64,000 nucleotides of DNA from Octopus vulgaris (Eukaryota): positions 25,234,001 to 25,298,000 of the forward strand of contig OX597831.1 in NCBI GenBank assembly GCA_951406725.2. Direction: 5' to 3'. Below the pieces are notes generated by a model that had not been told where the DNA came from, searched no databases, and worked only from the letters and a program-made list of their open reading frames with translations. This document shows positions 26,361-39,036 of the stretch, in pieces (the first letter of the stretch is position 1; each line of letters begins with the position of its first letter). A program made the position numbers and the translations under genes.

Positions 26361-26748
26361 TGGAGGTGCAATGGCCCAGTGGTTAGGGCAGCGGACTCAC
26401 GGTCATAGGATCGCGGTTTCGATTCCCAGACCGGGCATTGTGAATGTTTATTGGGCGAAAACACCTAAAAAGCTCCACGAGGCTCCAGCAGGGGATGGTG
26501 GTGATCCCTGCTGTACTCTTTCACCACAGCTTTCTCTCACTCTTACTTCCTGTTTCTGTTGTACCTGTATTTCAAGGGGCCGGCCTTGTCACTCTCTGTG
26601 TCATGCTGAATATCCCCGAGAACTACGTTAAGGGTGCACGTGTCTGTGGAGTGCTCAGCCACTTACACGTTAATTTCATGAGCAGGCTGTTCCGTTGATT
26701 CAGATCAACCGGAACCCTCATCGTCGTAACCGACGGAGTGCTTCCATC
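26361..26748 (+). mobile_element. Family C tRNA-derived SINE, full length
   Basis: A-box TGGCCCAGTGG, B-box GGTTTCGATTCCC; 13-bp TSD ACAATAAGGTTTG. Confidence 0.9.
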
Positions 26749-27089
26749 ACAATAAGGTTTGAAATTTTCCAGCATATGTCCATAAATGCTAGCCTAGAGT
26801 TGTAATATTTTGCCCCTCTCAGATATCTTGTCTATTAGCCAGTTTGCTAAGGTACACCTGCACTGTTTCAATATAGATATACAACCCTGCCCTTGCCTCA
26901 ACCTCTCTCCTACAAGCAAATGCATCATATACCAAATTAGCTTCTTTAGTCTCAGTCCAAGAGACATAACTGCAATGGACTAAATATTTCTTCCTTTCTT
27001 TTTTTTTTTTTTTGCTTGCGTTTGACCAGAATTATTTCTGTAATGGATTTCTTACCAATTTATTTTTTATACTAGCCCTTAGACACACA

Positions 27090-27148
27090 TACCATATCTG
27101 ATGATTACCAGACCTGGCTTTCCACCACTGGTATGAAACCAGTTGGTA
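27090..27148 (+). ncRNA. Hammerhead-like motif (PLE type)
   Basis: CTGATGA (27098-27104), stem II TACCAG/CTGGTA, GAAA, near-palindromic AACCAGTT; stem I TACC/GGTA needs a 4-nt bulge. Confidence 0.45.
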
Positions 27149-27545
27149 ATCTGGCTATTATACGACTATGATATATTTGAATAATTATTATGATAATAGA
27201 TGGACTTTACTAGCTAAGATATAAACACTTTTTATCTGGCTTATAGAGTATTAGATAACTTATATATGTATAAGTGTATATATGCATGTGTGTGCAAATA
27301 TAAATATATATATGTATACATGTATATATGTATATATATATTTATATAAATATATATATATATAAATGTATGTGTGTATGCATGTTTGTATATCAACAAA
27401 CACATATACCAACGTATTTAAAAGATGTTGATGGAGGTAATTGACATTTTCAAACAAAAGGTAAGTGAAAGAAAAAGCCTTACAAACAAATTGATAAACA
27501 TTTGAAATAAACTCACAATACAATTGTTTAAAATTGTTAATTTCA

Positions 27546-27592
<47 letters not shown>

Positions 27593-27820
27593 TAGATAGA
27601 TAGATAGATACACACAAACATACATGTGCATATATACATATATATATGTATGTGTATGTGTACTTACACACACATACATATGCGCTTGTGTATACACACA
27701 TTCAAACATATATACAAATATATACATGTATATATCAAATAAAGAATATTTATCTACCAACGTGGTGTTGAGCATTCATTCTCACTATTTCATACTAGCG
27801 TATACATATTTATATATGTA

Positions 27821-27856
<36 letters not shown>

Positions 27857-27862
27857 AGGTCC

Positions 27863-27919
<57 letters not shown>

Positions 27920-28185
27920 TATATGCTCAATCACACATATACAGTCACATGTATATATTATTTTGATTTAGTTTTATTTTACAAATTTCTTGAAGATTTA
28001 TCAAAACAAATGAAAAAAATTATAAATAAATACATTCTTTATAGTCTTCCTTTTTTTTTATTTTAAGTCTCTTCATTACTTTTTGTAGTATTTCATTAGA
28101 ATAAAATAGTATAAAACTCTGATAAAAATGGTAAAACTATTCTTTGATATATATATACATACATATATAAATATATATATGATAG

Positions 28186-28224
<39 letters not shown>

Positions 28225-28230
28225 AGATAT

Positions 28231-28269
<39 letters not shown>

Positions 28270-28827
28270 TATGCACACACATATATAATATATATACGTG
28301 TGTGTGTGTATACATTCAAATAAGTTAGTTTTTCCCTCTTACTGCAGTTTTGGAAATTTATCTCCACACCTCTTATTCTCATCTGAAAGCAAAGCTAAAA
28401 TAGCTTTAGATTTTCATTAAATGAAAAACAACAAAATGGAATTCTATTTTCTCAATAAGAAAATTTCCTTCGTTAAATATTCAAGGTGTTTTCGTGGATA
28501 CTTTTCTCCCTTATTTTTGTTTACAATTATTTATTTATTTATTTATTTATTTATAATTATTTTTTTTAAAATTATATTTATACATTTTTTTACTCCTCTC
28601 ATTTATAGTTTTATCGGTTGAGGAAGTATTTTAACAAGTGTGATTAAAGTTAAAGCCAATTCTCTAAGCAAGCTATAAAGATGCAGCTGATTCCATGTGC
28701 TCTGTTTTTTTTTTCTAAAAACTGAGGATTGTTAAATATTCTCCTTCTATGGCTTCCCAACTATTACAGATAACTCTTTCCAGAAAATTTTGGACCTCTT
28801 CTTGCATATTAAATAAACTGTGGCACA

Positions 28828-29464
28828 GGCAGCGAGCTGGCAGAAACGTTAGCATGCCGGGCGAAATGCTTAGCAGTATTTCATCTGTCGTTACGTTCTG
28901 AGTTCAAATTCCGCCGAGGTCAACTTTGCCTTTGATCCTTTCGGGGTCGATAAATTAAATACCAGTTACGCACTGGAGTCGATGTAATCAACTTAATCTC
29001 TTTGTCTGTCCTTGTTTGTCCCCTCTATGTTTAGCCCCTTGCGGGCAATAAAGAAATAAGAAACGTTAGCACGCCGGGTGAAATGCGTAGCTGTATTTCG
29101 TCTGCTGTTACATTCTGAGTTCAATTTCCACCGAGGTCAACTTTGCCTTTCATCCTTTCGGAGTCGATAAATTAAGTACCAGTTATGCACTGGGGTTGAT
29201 ATAATCGACTTAATCCGTTTTGTCTGTCCTTATTTCTCCCCTCTGTGTTTAGCCCCTTGTGGGTAGTAGAGAAATATGTATTTCGTCTGCTGTTACGTTC
29301 TGAGTTCAAATTCCGCCGAGGTCAACTTTGCCTTTCATCTTTTCGGCGTCGATAAATTAAGTACCAGTTACACACTGGGGTCGATATAATCGACTTAATC
29401 CATTTGTCTGTCCTTGTTTGTCCTCTCTGTGTTTAGCCCCTTGTGGGTAGTAAAGAAATAGGTA
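28828..29464 (+). mobile_element. Family B SINE head-to-tail trimer
   Basis: Three GAGTTCAA(A/T)TTCC...AGAAATA units. Confidence 0.9.
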
Positions 29465-30074
29465 TGATTGTGAAGTAAGAAGCTTGTGGATATGGGTGAA
29501 GAAGAATGACCAATGAACTTAGTTATGCATTCCATTTGTTATTTACAGGAATAAAAAGGAAGAAGAGAACTTGTTCCTTCATTAGTCAGAGTGGCCTGGT
29601 GAGCTGAAACTCATACCTGGGTATAAAAGGATGACCCAGTTTCAAATCCTGATGGAGACAGGATTCTGGAAAGGACACCTAGGAGCTATGACCTGGGTGG
29701 GCCTAGTTCCTGTAAAATGTCAGGTAAAAGGGCCAAAATATTTGTTGGATGGGAGTTCTTCCTCTGAAGATCTCTCCTTCTGTGTGCTCACTCTGTGTCG
29801 AGTTTCTGTTATACTTTTATGCATGTGTGTCTTTGTGTTTGGCTTGGTTTGGTTTGGTCCCCACCATTGCCTGATAATTGGTTTTGGTGCATTTACATCC
29901 CTGTAACTATCAGTGTGACCAAAAAAAAAAAAACCATAAAATAAATTCTTCAAAGAATCCATAACATAAGTAATCTGTACCAGTTTCAACTGTAAGCAGA
30001 ATTTCCTATCTGCATTTTCTTGTAAATCTATGATTACATTTCTCACTTTATAGTGCTTTTTATGATACATGGCA

Positions 30075-30475
30075 TATAATATGTATTGGTAAGATGCTTG
30101 CTTCCCAACAACATGGTTCTAGGTTCAGCCTTATTGCATGGCACCTTGGGCAAAAACCTTGGGCCAACAAAAGCCCTGTGGGTGGATTTGGTAGAGGAAA
30201 ATTGAAAGAAGCTGGTCGTGTGTGTGTGTGTGTGTGTGTCTTTGTGTGTCTTTGTGTGTTTGTGTCTATGTTTGTCCACTATCACAGCTTGATAACCGGT
30301 GTTGGTGTATTGACATCCCTGTGACTTAGCAATTCAGTAAAAGGACTCAGGTAGAATGAGAACCATAAAACCATAAAAAATAAATACTGGGGAAAATTTC
30401 TTAGACTAAAATATTTCAAGGTGGTACCCTAGCATGACCACAGTCTAATGACTGAAACAAGTAAAAGATAAAAGC
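30075..30475 (+). mobile_element. Family A SINE, degenerate
   Basis: GGCACCTTGGGCAA, GGATTTGGTAGA, (TG)n and TGACTGAAACAAGTAAAAG motifs. Confidence 0.8.
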
Positions 30476-30483
30476 TATATGTT

Positions 30484-30526
<43 letters not shown>

Positions 30527-30827
30527 ATATATATATAGAGATTGACTGTGTGTAGGCGAAGGTGTGGCTGTGTGGTAAGAAGTTTGCTTCCCAGTCACAT
30601 AATCCTGGTTCAGTCCTTGCATCGGCATTGGTATTTATGTTGCCAATTTTGTAAATGAAATAGATTTCTGATGTTGACACAAGGTCTTCACAACATGTGT
30701 GATAAAGCTCAATCAATTACACAGACACCCCTGCAGCTATCCGTTACTTGACTGGCATTCATTTTATCTACCATGGAATTATGAAAAACAGCCAACTTCA
30801 GCAGGATTTGAACTCAGAATATGAAGA

Positions 30828-31410
30828 CATCATCATCATCATCATCATCGTTTAACGTCTGCTTTCCATGCTAGCATGGGTTGAACGATTTGACTGAGGT
30901 CTGGCAAACCAGATGGCTGCAACAGACTCCAATCTGATCTGGCAGAGTTTCTACAGCTGGATGCCCTTCCTAATGCCAACCACTCCAAGAGTGTAGTGGG
31001 TGCTTTTACATGCCACCGGCACAAGGCCAGTCAGGCAGTTGGCAGAAACGTTAGCACGCCGGGCAAAATGCGTAGCCGTATTTCGTCTGTCATTATGTTG
31101 TGAGTTCAAATTCCGCCGAGGTCGACTTTGCCTTTCATCCTTTCGGGGTCGATAAATTAAGTACCAGTTACTGGGGTCGATGTAATCGACTTAATACCTA
31201 TGTCTGTCTTTGTTTGTCCCCTCTATTTTTAGCCCCTTGTGGGGAATAAAGAAATAGGTACTGGCAATGGCCACGCTGAAATGGTGTTTTTTATATGCCA
31301 TCCACACAGGAGCAATTCCAGCGGCACTGGCAACAACCTCGCTTGAATGTTTTTCCACATGCCACCAGCACAAGTGCTAGTAAGGCAATGCAGGTAACGA
31401 TCACGCTCAA
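30828..31410 (-). mobile_element. Family E element interrupted by a + strand family B SINE (about 31032-31258)
   Basis: E sequence GGCCAGTCAGGCAG resumes as GTACTGGCAATGGCC after the SINE (compare reverse complement of 1741-1771). Confidence 0.8.
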
Positions 31411-32174
31411 AGACGGAGTTAAATATTCATTGCAAGGCATTTTACTCGTGACTCCTCTAATTCTGCCATTTCACTTGCTCTGTGTGAGATAAAATTTTTC
31501 AGCATGTACCACGAAACTGTTCAGCATGTTTGATGGAATTGTTTAAGATGCTCAATGAAATTGTTGACCATATTTTATTGAATTCTTAGCATGTTTGATG
31601 TACCTTTTTGATGAAACTAAAATAGGCATACTCCAAGAAACATTAAAGACACACTGCTCAAAGCTTCTTCTGTCATAACCGAAATAATTATTTGTCTGTC
31701 TGATGAAAAACTATTTGTTCAAAAAGCCTGTTTTTCTCCTATTACCGATTCTCTTCTCAAAGACGACAGAGAAGAGAAAAATTCTTCCTTTCTTTCTTGC
31801 TTATATTTTATTTTATCTTACATTTTTCTTAAACTCTCGGAGTCTGAAACAAATCAAGAGCTTCCTAATTGGTAGAATATTACATTGCTATATTTTGAGA
31901 CTAATATTTGAAGTTTGAAGTCAGCCAGAAATGTTTTCTTGTAAGTAAGCATCGGTGTATATCTTCCTTATTTTTAGAACTTTGATTACAAAACTGAAGT
32001 GAGCCAAAACTTTTGTCAATAGCTAGCGGCAGTCTAGTTTGTATTTTCGGGTTACCCATAATTTTCTCGACATATTTCCGACATAATTGTAGTTAACTGG
32101 AGCTACGGAAAGACTGATATCATTCTTCAGAAATAATTGAAAGAGATACCCATAAACTTAGAATAATATATTTT

Positions 32175-32650
32175 CTCCTCTGCTTCCTCCTCTTGCTCTT
32201 CCTCCTCCTTCTTGTTCTTGTTGTTGTTGTTGTTCTTCTTGTTCTTCTTCTTCTTCTTCTTCTTCTTCTTCCAGATCTTCCTCCTCCTCCTCCTTATCAT
32301 CATCATCATCATCTTCTTCTTCTACATCCTCCTCCTCCTCCTTATCATCATCTTCTTCTTCTTCCACATCCTCCTCCTCCTCCTTATTATCATTATCATC
32401 TTCTTCTTCTTCAACATCCACCTCCCCTTCTTCTTCTTCCGCATCCTCTTCTTCTTCTTCTTCTTCTTCTTCTTCCTCATTCTCCTCCTCCTTATCATCA
32501 TCATCATCATCATCATCTTCTTCTTCTTCTTCTTCCACATTCTCCTCCTCCTTATCATCATCTTCTTCTTCTTCTTCTTCCACATTCTCCTCCTCCTTAT
32601 CATCATCTTCTTCTTCTTCTTCTTCTTCTTCTTCTTCTTCTTCTTCTTTT
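32175..32650. repeat. Higher-order compound trinucleotide repeat (TTC/TCC/ATC)
   Basis: Super-unit TTCCACAT(T/C)CTCCTCCTCCTT(ATC)n(TTC)n repeated several times. Confidence 0.9.
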
Positions 32651-33045
32651 TCTCAGATCAGGACCATTTCTAAAAGAATTTATTTATTTTTTTTATTTTT
32701 TTTTTAAATATGTAAGTTTTTCTCTTGCTGAAGAACCAAAGTTTACAAATTGGTATTGAAGACATGTTTCTCCTAAACATAATCAAAACAACATAGCCCA
32801 GCCTTTTTACTTATTCTTCTTTCAAGCTTCATTCACCACCCCCACCACACACACACTCACACACACACACACACACCATTATTGTGGAGATAGAGAAAGG
32901 ACGAAGTTAATCTAGAATTATTTTTAGCAGTTCTTTTTTTTTTTTTTTCTTGATAGTTTCACTGGATATCATATATTTAATTTTGAAGTTACAAGACTCC
33001 TTGCTGTCTTCTACATAGGCAGCTCCTCCTCCTCCTCCTCCGCCT

Positions 33046-33652
33046 CTTCTTCTTCTTCTTCTTCTTCTTCTTCTTCTTCTTCTTCTTCTTCTTCTTCTTC
33101 TTCTTCTTCTTCTTCTTCTTCTTCTTCTTCTTCTTCTTCTTCTTCTTCTTCTTCTTCTTCTTCGTCTTCTTCTTCTTCTTCTTCTTCTTCTTCTTCTTCT
33201 TCTTCTTCTTCTTCTTCTTCTTCTTCTTCTTCTTCTTCTTCTTCTTCTTCTTCTTCTTCTTCTTCTTCTTCTTCTTCTTCTTCTTCTTCTTCTTCTTCTT
33301 CTTCTTCTTCTTCTTCTTCTTCTTCTTCTTCTTCTTCTTCTTCTTCTTCTTCTTCTTCTTCTTCTTCTTCTTCTTCTTCTTCTTCTTCTTCTTCTTCTTC
33401 TTCTTCTTCTTCTTCTTCTTCTTCTTCTTCTTCTTCTTCTTCTTCTTCTTCTTCTTCTTCTTCTTCTTCTTCTTCTTCTTCTTCTTCTTCTTCTTCTTCT
33501 TCTTCTTCTTCTTCTTCTTCTTCTTCTTCTTCTTCTTCTTCTTCTTCTTCTTCTTCTTCTTCTTCTTCTTCTTCTTCTTCTTCTTCTTCTTCTTCTTCTC
33601 CTTCTTCTTCTTCTTCTTCTTCTTCTTCTTCTTCTTCTTCTTCTTCTTCTTC
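33046..33652. repeat. ~600-bp almost pure (TTC)n/(GAA)n tract
   Basis: About 200 triplets with only two visible interruptions. Confidence 0.97.
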
Positions 33653-33923
33653 GTCTTCCTCTCTAGTTCTTTGTCATCTATTTTCCTTCTTTTCATAAAC
33701 CCTCCTCCCTCAGGAAATGCTCTAAAGGAAGATAGGAACCTGATCAATAAAAAAAAAAAAAAATTACAAAAACAAACACAAACAAGTTTACAGCTTTAAT
33801 AATTTGTTTCCGTTGATATTTTTTGGGGTTTTTTTTTTTTTGGCATTTTTGTTGGGGTTTTTTTTCTTCATCTCCAAGTCTAAAATATTGTACAATTTAG
33901 GCCAATATGATTAGAGATGGAGA

Positions 33924-33965
<42 letters not shown>

Positions 33966-34285
33966 AGAGAGTGAAAGAAAGAAAGAAAAAAAAGGGGAGT
34001 GATGAGAACTACGATGCTTAAATTGTTATGTAATCATAAATTTATATATAATAATTCCTGGAATATTTAGTAAGATTGATTTGTTTTAGGCCAATATGAT
34101 ATATTGGCAATATAAACACACACACATATATACTAATATATACATATATGTCTTATACATATATATATACTTATAAACATTCACACATATATGCTAATAT
34201 ATTTATATATTATATGTATTATATATATATATATGTATATATATATACATATATATAAAACACATCTATATATATATATATATAT

Positions 34286-34348
<63 letters not shown>

Positions 34349-34845
34349 TATGTATAATGATATTGCATGTACACATGCACACTTACCTATCTAGCTACAT
34401 ACATATACATACATACATACATACATTTATTCACACACGCTTTACAAGAGGATGTTGTAACATTGCTTGCACACTTCATTGCCACGTCTGATAGAAAGTA
34501 CAAACATACACCAAATACAAAGCCACATGACATCACAACTCATGAATAACCAGAATTTACTCTTTTTTTACTCTGATATTTACTCTTTTAGTTTTTTATT
34601 TGTTTCAGTCATTTGACTGCGGACATGCTGGAGCACTGCTTTTTAGTCAGACAAATCGACCCAAGTACTTTTTCTTTGTAAGCCTAGTACTTATTCCATC
34701 AGTCTCTTTTCCTGAACAGCTAAGTTACGGTGATGAAAAACACACCAACATAGCCGTAAATAAGTGTTGCTGTCATACAATCAGCCTCATTCATTTTTCT
34801 GTCCACAAAAGCATATTCAGCAATGGGGCAATGTTACCATACTTA

Positions 34846-35080
34846 TAAGGCGGCAAGCTGGCAGAACCGTTAGCACGCTGGGCGAAATGTATAGCCGTAT
34901 TTCATCTGCCGTTACGTTCTGAGTTCAAATTCCACTGAGGTCAACTTTGCCTTTCATCCTTTCGGGGTCGATAAATTAAGTAAAGTTTACGCACTGGGGT
35001 CGATGTAATCGACTTAATCCATTTGTCTGCCCTTGTTTGTCCCCTCTATGTTTAGCCCCTTGTGGGCAATAAAGAAACAG
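34846..35080 (+). mobile_element. Family B SINE monomer
   Basis: TSD AT(G/A)TTACCATACTTA at 34831-34845 / 35081-35095. Confidence 0.9.
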
Positions 35081-36082
35081 ATATTACCATACTTAGAAAT
35101 GGATAAGGGTTGGTGAAAAGAAGAGCATCTAGCCATAGAAATTCTTTGTTTTTTTTCAGCAGATTCCATCTAACCCATGCAGGCATGGAAAAGTGGATGT
35201 TAAAACAACAATGATATATATATACAAAAGCAACGGACTTCTGCATAGTTTCTAACTTTCTTTCCTAATTTACTGACAAAGTATTGATCAAGCTGGGGCG
35301 TTCTTTGTGTATCAGTGTGTATGTAGGTAAGTTAGTATGTGCATGTGAGTGATCATATGTGTGTGTGTATGTGCATGTGCACACACATGAAATTCCATTA
35401 TAATGAATACCAATATAAGGAACTTTATCGATATAGCAAAATTTGCTTCAGTCCCCTGCAATAAGCATATTGGAACAGTGCTAAAAAAAAATCAAAAATC
35501 TTTTTATATAAATTCGTTACATTGAATATTTCAACGCAACAGAACAAAATTTAACAATAAGTCGCCAAAATTTCTCAATACAACAATAAATACAATGTGT
35601 GCACGTGTGTGTGTGTGTGTGTGTTATGCATAATATTTTTGGTAAACTCTTTTGATTCTTATGCAACAGAAATCAGATATATTCACTCAAAATTTCATTG
35701 CCTCTTAACAGTAGAAAGCAGTTTTATATAACAGTCTACCTTTTGTTAAGAAATGTTATGCCTGATACCATTGTTTGCTGAGATGTGTTAAGTTTATTGT
35801 GGCAACGTGACTTGCAGAAATTACCAAATGTATTTTTTGGTGGTAGATAATACTTAACATCATTCCTGGAATAACTATTAAATTTAGTTTTACAGTGAAA
35901 GAGTTTAAACCAGACTTATTGTTATGTAGAATGTTGACTGGGGACATGGCCTGCACAATGGCTAAAAGTGCAGTCACATTCTCCATGAGAAAAACATAGT
36001 CTTGCATGGCATCTAATTGGTGCACTAAATATAAACTTGTGTGCATATTCTATTACAGAGAATTAAACCTTCTCATACCTCA

Positions 36083-36740
36083 TAGGTGCAGACATGACTA
36101 TGTGGTAAGAAGCTTGCTTCCTTACCTCATGGACCTGAGTTCAGTCCCACTGCATGGCATCTTGGGCAAGTATCTTCTGTTATAGCCTCAGGCTGACCAA
36201 AGCTTTGTGAGTGGATTTGGTAGATAGAAACTGAAAGAAGCCTATCGTATACATATATATAACCTCTTTTTTCCAACTATTTGCCATGTTGGACCACTAA
36301 AATCTACACGATTTTTTCATCCTCTCCCTGTTTATTTTTCTCTTATTCCTTTCTGCTGAAGAGCATAGGCTCGAAACATAAAAGACTTTTTCATTTTTCC
36401 CAAGCGTCAAACTAATACATTTGCTTGTTGTTCATACACCTATCTTTGTCTTTTGTTTTTCAATAAATTTCAACTATATATATATATGTGTGTGTGTGGT
36501 GTGTATTTATGGTGTATGTGGCTTTGTGTCTGTCCCCACCACCACTGCTTGACAATCGATATTGGTTTGTTTACATCCCCATAACTCAGCAGTTCAGTAA
36601 AAGAGAACAATAGAATAAGTACTAGATTTACAAAAGAATAAGTCCTGGGGGGTGGATTTCTTTGACTAATGCCCTTTAAGGTGGTGCTCCAGCATGGCCA
36701 CAGTCAAGTGACTGAAACCTGTAAATCAATAAGAGAATAA
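36083..36740 (+). mobile_element. Family A SINE with a PLE-like tail (about 36261-36475) nested in its internal TA tract
   Basis: Both SINE halves flank an insert homologous to 63770-63950. Confidence 0.8.
36349..36384 (+). ncRNA. Variant minimal hammerhead-like motif
   Basis: CTTT-CTGCTGA-A-GAGC-ATAG-GCTC-GAAA-CATA-AAAG; core position 6 non-canonical. Confidence 0.5.
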
Positions 36741-36973
36741 ACACCTTTTGTTATTCTACTACTTTTTACTGTATTTTATCTTTTATTTTCTGTATTTTAT
36801 TTTTCATCTTATTTCTCCCCACCCACCCACCTGCTCCTTAATCTTCCTAATCTCTCCTTCTGACAGTGCTTCGCTGTTATCTTACTATTAACTTGTCTGT
36901 ATCTATGTTTTGTATCTATTTTCATATCCTTGAGTTTACTGTCTGAAAAATTAAATTCTTCAAAACGTAAACA

Positions 36974-37146
36974 AGGCACAGGAGTGGCTGTGTGGTAAGT
37001 AGCTTGCTTACCAGCCACATGGTTCCGGGTTCTGTCCCACTGTGTGGCACCTTGGGCAAGTGTCTTCTACTATAGCCTCAGGCCGACCAAAGCCTTGTGA
37101 GCGGATTTTAGAGATGGAAACTGAAAGAAGCCTGTCATATATGTAT

Positions 37147-37185
<39 letters not shown>

Positions 37186-37375
37186 TGTGTTTGTCCCTGC
37201 CACCATCATTTGACAACCGATGCTGGTGTGTTTACGTCCCTATAACTAAGCGGTTCAAAAAAAGGGACCGATAGAATAAGTACTAGACTTACAAAAAATA
37301 AGTCCTGGGAGTGATTTGTTTGACTAAAAGCAGTGCTCCTGCATGGCCGCATTCAAATGACTGAAACAAGTAAAA
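36974..37375 (+). mobile_element. Family A SINE, full length
   Basis: Matches 9665-10090. Confidence 0.9.
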
Positions 37376-37718
37376 CATTTGTGTGTATGTGTATATGTGT
37401 ATGTACATGCACATGTCTGCATGCAGGTGTGTGCACAATTAAATATTCTAGATCCAATTTGTGACCTTTACCTTTTGATTTAAATCTGTCGAATCCCCTT
37501 CCATAAGATAAGTATTTCAATACACAAAATAAAACAAAACTTTCACAATTAATTTTCCCAGCTGCTCTTTATAAATCTTTAACAATATCTCATTACTAAC
37601 TAAACTCTAACGATGCCACATATTTTTCAGCTCCTTAACATTTATCTATTCAACTCAACAGAAATGTCAATACTAGTTAACACAATAGAAATATATTATC
37701 TTAAAGCTAAGAGATAAA

Positions 37719-38392
37719 TTCCACCAAATTATTATCTGTTTCTATAATAGTAAGGTCAGTACCTAAATTATAGAGTGATAGTGGGTGGAAAGCACAAGGA
37801 ATTCTTTATTTACGATTCTAAGATAAGATTTTTGGTTGCTGGTTTGGGCCAGTTCTCTTAATTTAAATCATCGTACCATTCTTTCACACTGAGACAGCTT
37901 ACACCACACACTCAAAATGTTTCTTCACATGTTCTGAAATGTGATTGAAGAGAATCAAAAGACCCAGTCTTCAACAGTACAGCAATGTTTCATGATTTTA
38001 GAGTTGTGTATAATTATCTATAAATATTTACTGCACTTATAATATTTACCTGGGGAAAAACAGTGAGTTGGGCAGGACTTCCACCAAATTATTGTCTGTT
38101 TCTGTAATAATATTGTTAGTACCTATATTGGAGAGTGGTAATGGATGGAAAACACAAAGAATTCTGTATTTATGATTCTAAGATAATAAGATTTTAGGTT
38201 GCCAGTTCAGGCCATTTCTCTTAACTTAAACTGTCATACCATTCTTTCTGACTGAGACAACCCTAACTCTAACCACTCACTCAAAATGTTTCTTCACATG
38301 CCTAAAAATGTGATTCAAAAGAATCAAAAGACCCAGTCTTCAGTGGTACAGCAGTGTTTCACGTGTTTAGGGTTTTATATAACTCTCTATAA
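37719..38392. repeat. Diverged tandem duplication, ~360-bp period
   Basis: TTCCACCAAATTATT...GAATCAAAAGACCCAGTCTTCA at 37719-38023 and 38079-38392. Confidence 0.85.
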
Positions 38393-38431
38393 TATAATCT
38401 ATGATATAATCTATAATATTCACTGTACCAT

Positions 38432-38645
38432 CAGGCAGTGAGCTGGCAGAATCATTAGCACACCAAGCAAAATGCTTAGCGGCATTTCATCCATCTTTAT
38501 GTTCTGAGTTCAAATTCCACCGAGGTTGACTTTGCCATTTATCCTTTCAGGGTCAATAAGATAAGTACCAGTTGAGCACTGGGGTCATTGGAATGGACTT
38601 AACCATTGCCCTGAAATTGCTGGACTTGTGCCAGAATTTTAAACC
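38432..38645 (+). mobile_element. Family B-related SINE
   Basis: TSD AATATTCAC(T/C)GTACC at 38415-38429 / 38646-38660. Confidence 0.85.
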
Positions 38646-39036
38646 AATATTCACCGTACCTGTAATATTTACAGGGTACCAAACATCAGATGTCGAAGTG
38701 GTCACAGAGCAACATAAGATGAAGTGTTTTACTCAAAAACACAAGGCACTGCCTGGTCCAGGAATTGAATCCATGATCTTGTGATCACGAGTGCATTACT
38801 CTAACCAATAGGCTCTGTACCCTCACTAAGAATACACATATACTCTGTGGAATACTCAGCCATATTCAATGCAGTATTTTAAAGCTTATTATATCAAAAG
38901 CAAAAGAGAATATTGAAATTCAGAGTATCTTCCAAGTGCAATTCATATGCTGTTTATGTCTAGTTAATATCACTGTATGAATCCCATTCTTTTGAGTTTG
39001 GGGACTCCTTTTGTGAGATAATTTCCTTATAAATAC

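Noticed and set aside
26361-26435. tRNA genes at SINE heads (also 4026, 4348, 9665, 55071)
   Set aside because: A/B boxes present but no complete acceptor stem, and they continue into SINE bodies
32158-32583. Acidic Glu/Asp ORF resembling a nucleolin/prothymosin-like tract
   Set aside because: Entirely within a compound triplet repeat; no flanking domain or convincing splice context
32657-32711. Cryptic exon after the TTC tract (TCTCAG ... GTAAGT)
   Set aside because: The pyrimidine tract is supplied by a microsatellite and the body is T-rich; likely chance
32989-33747. 252-aa poly-Lys ORF
   Set aside because: Read-through of the (GAA)n microsatellite; no coding complexity
35325-35332. Second AG|GTAAGT fusion
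   Set aside because: No pyrimidine tract or AG-free zone directly upstream; lies in TG-rich low-complexity sequence
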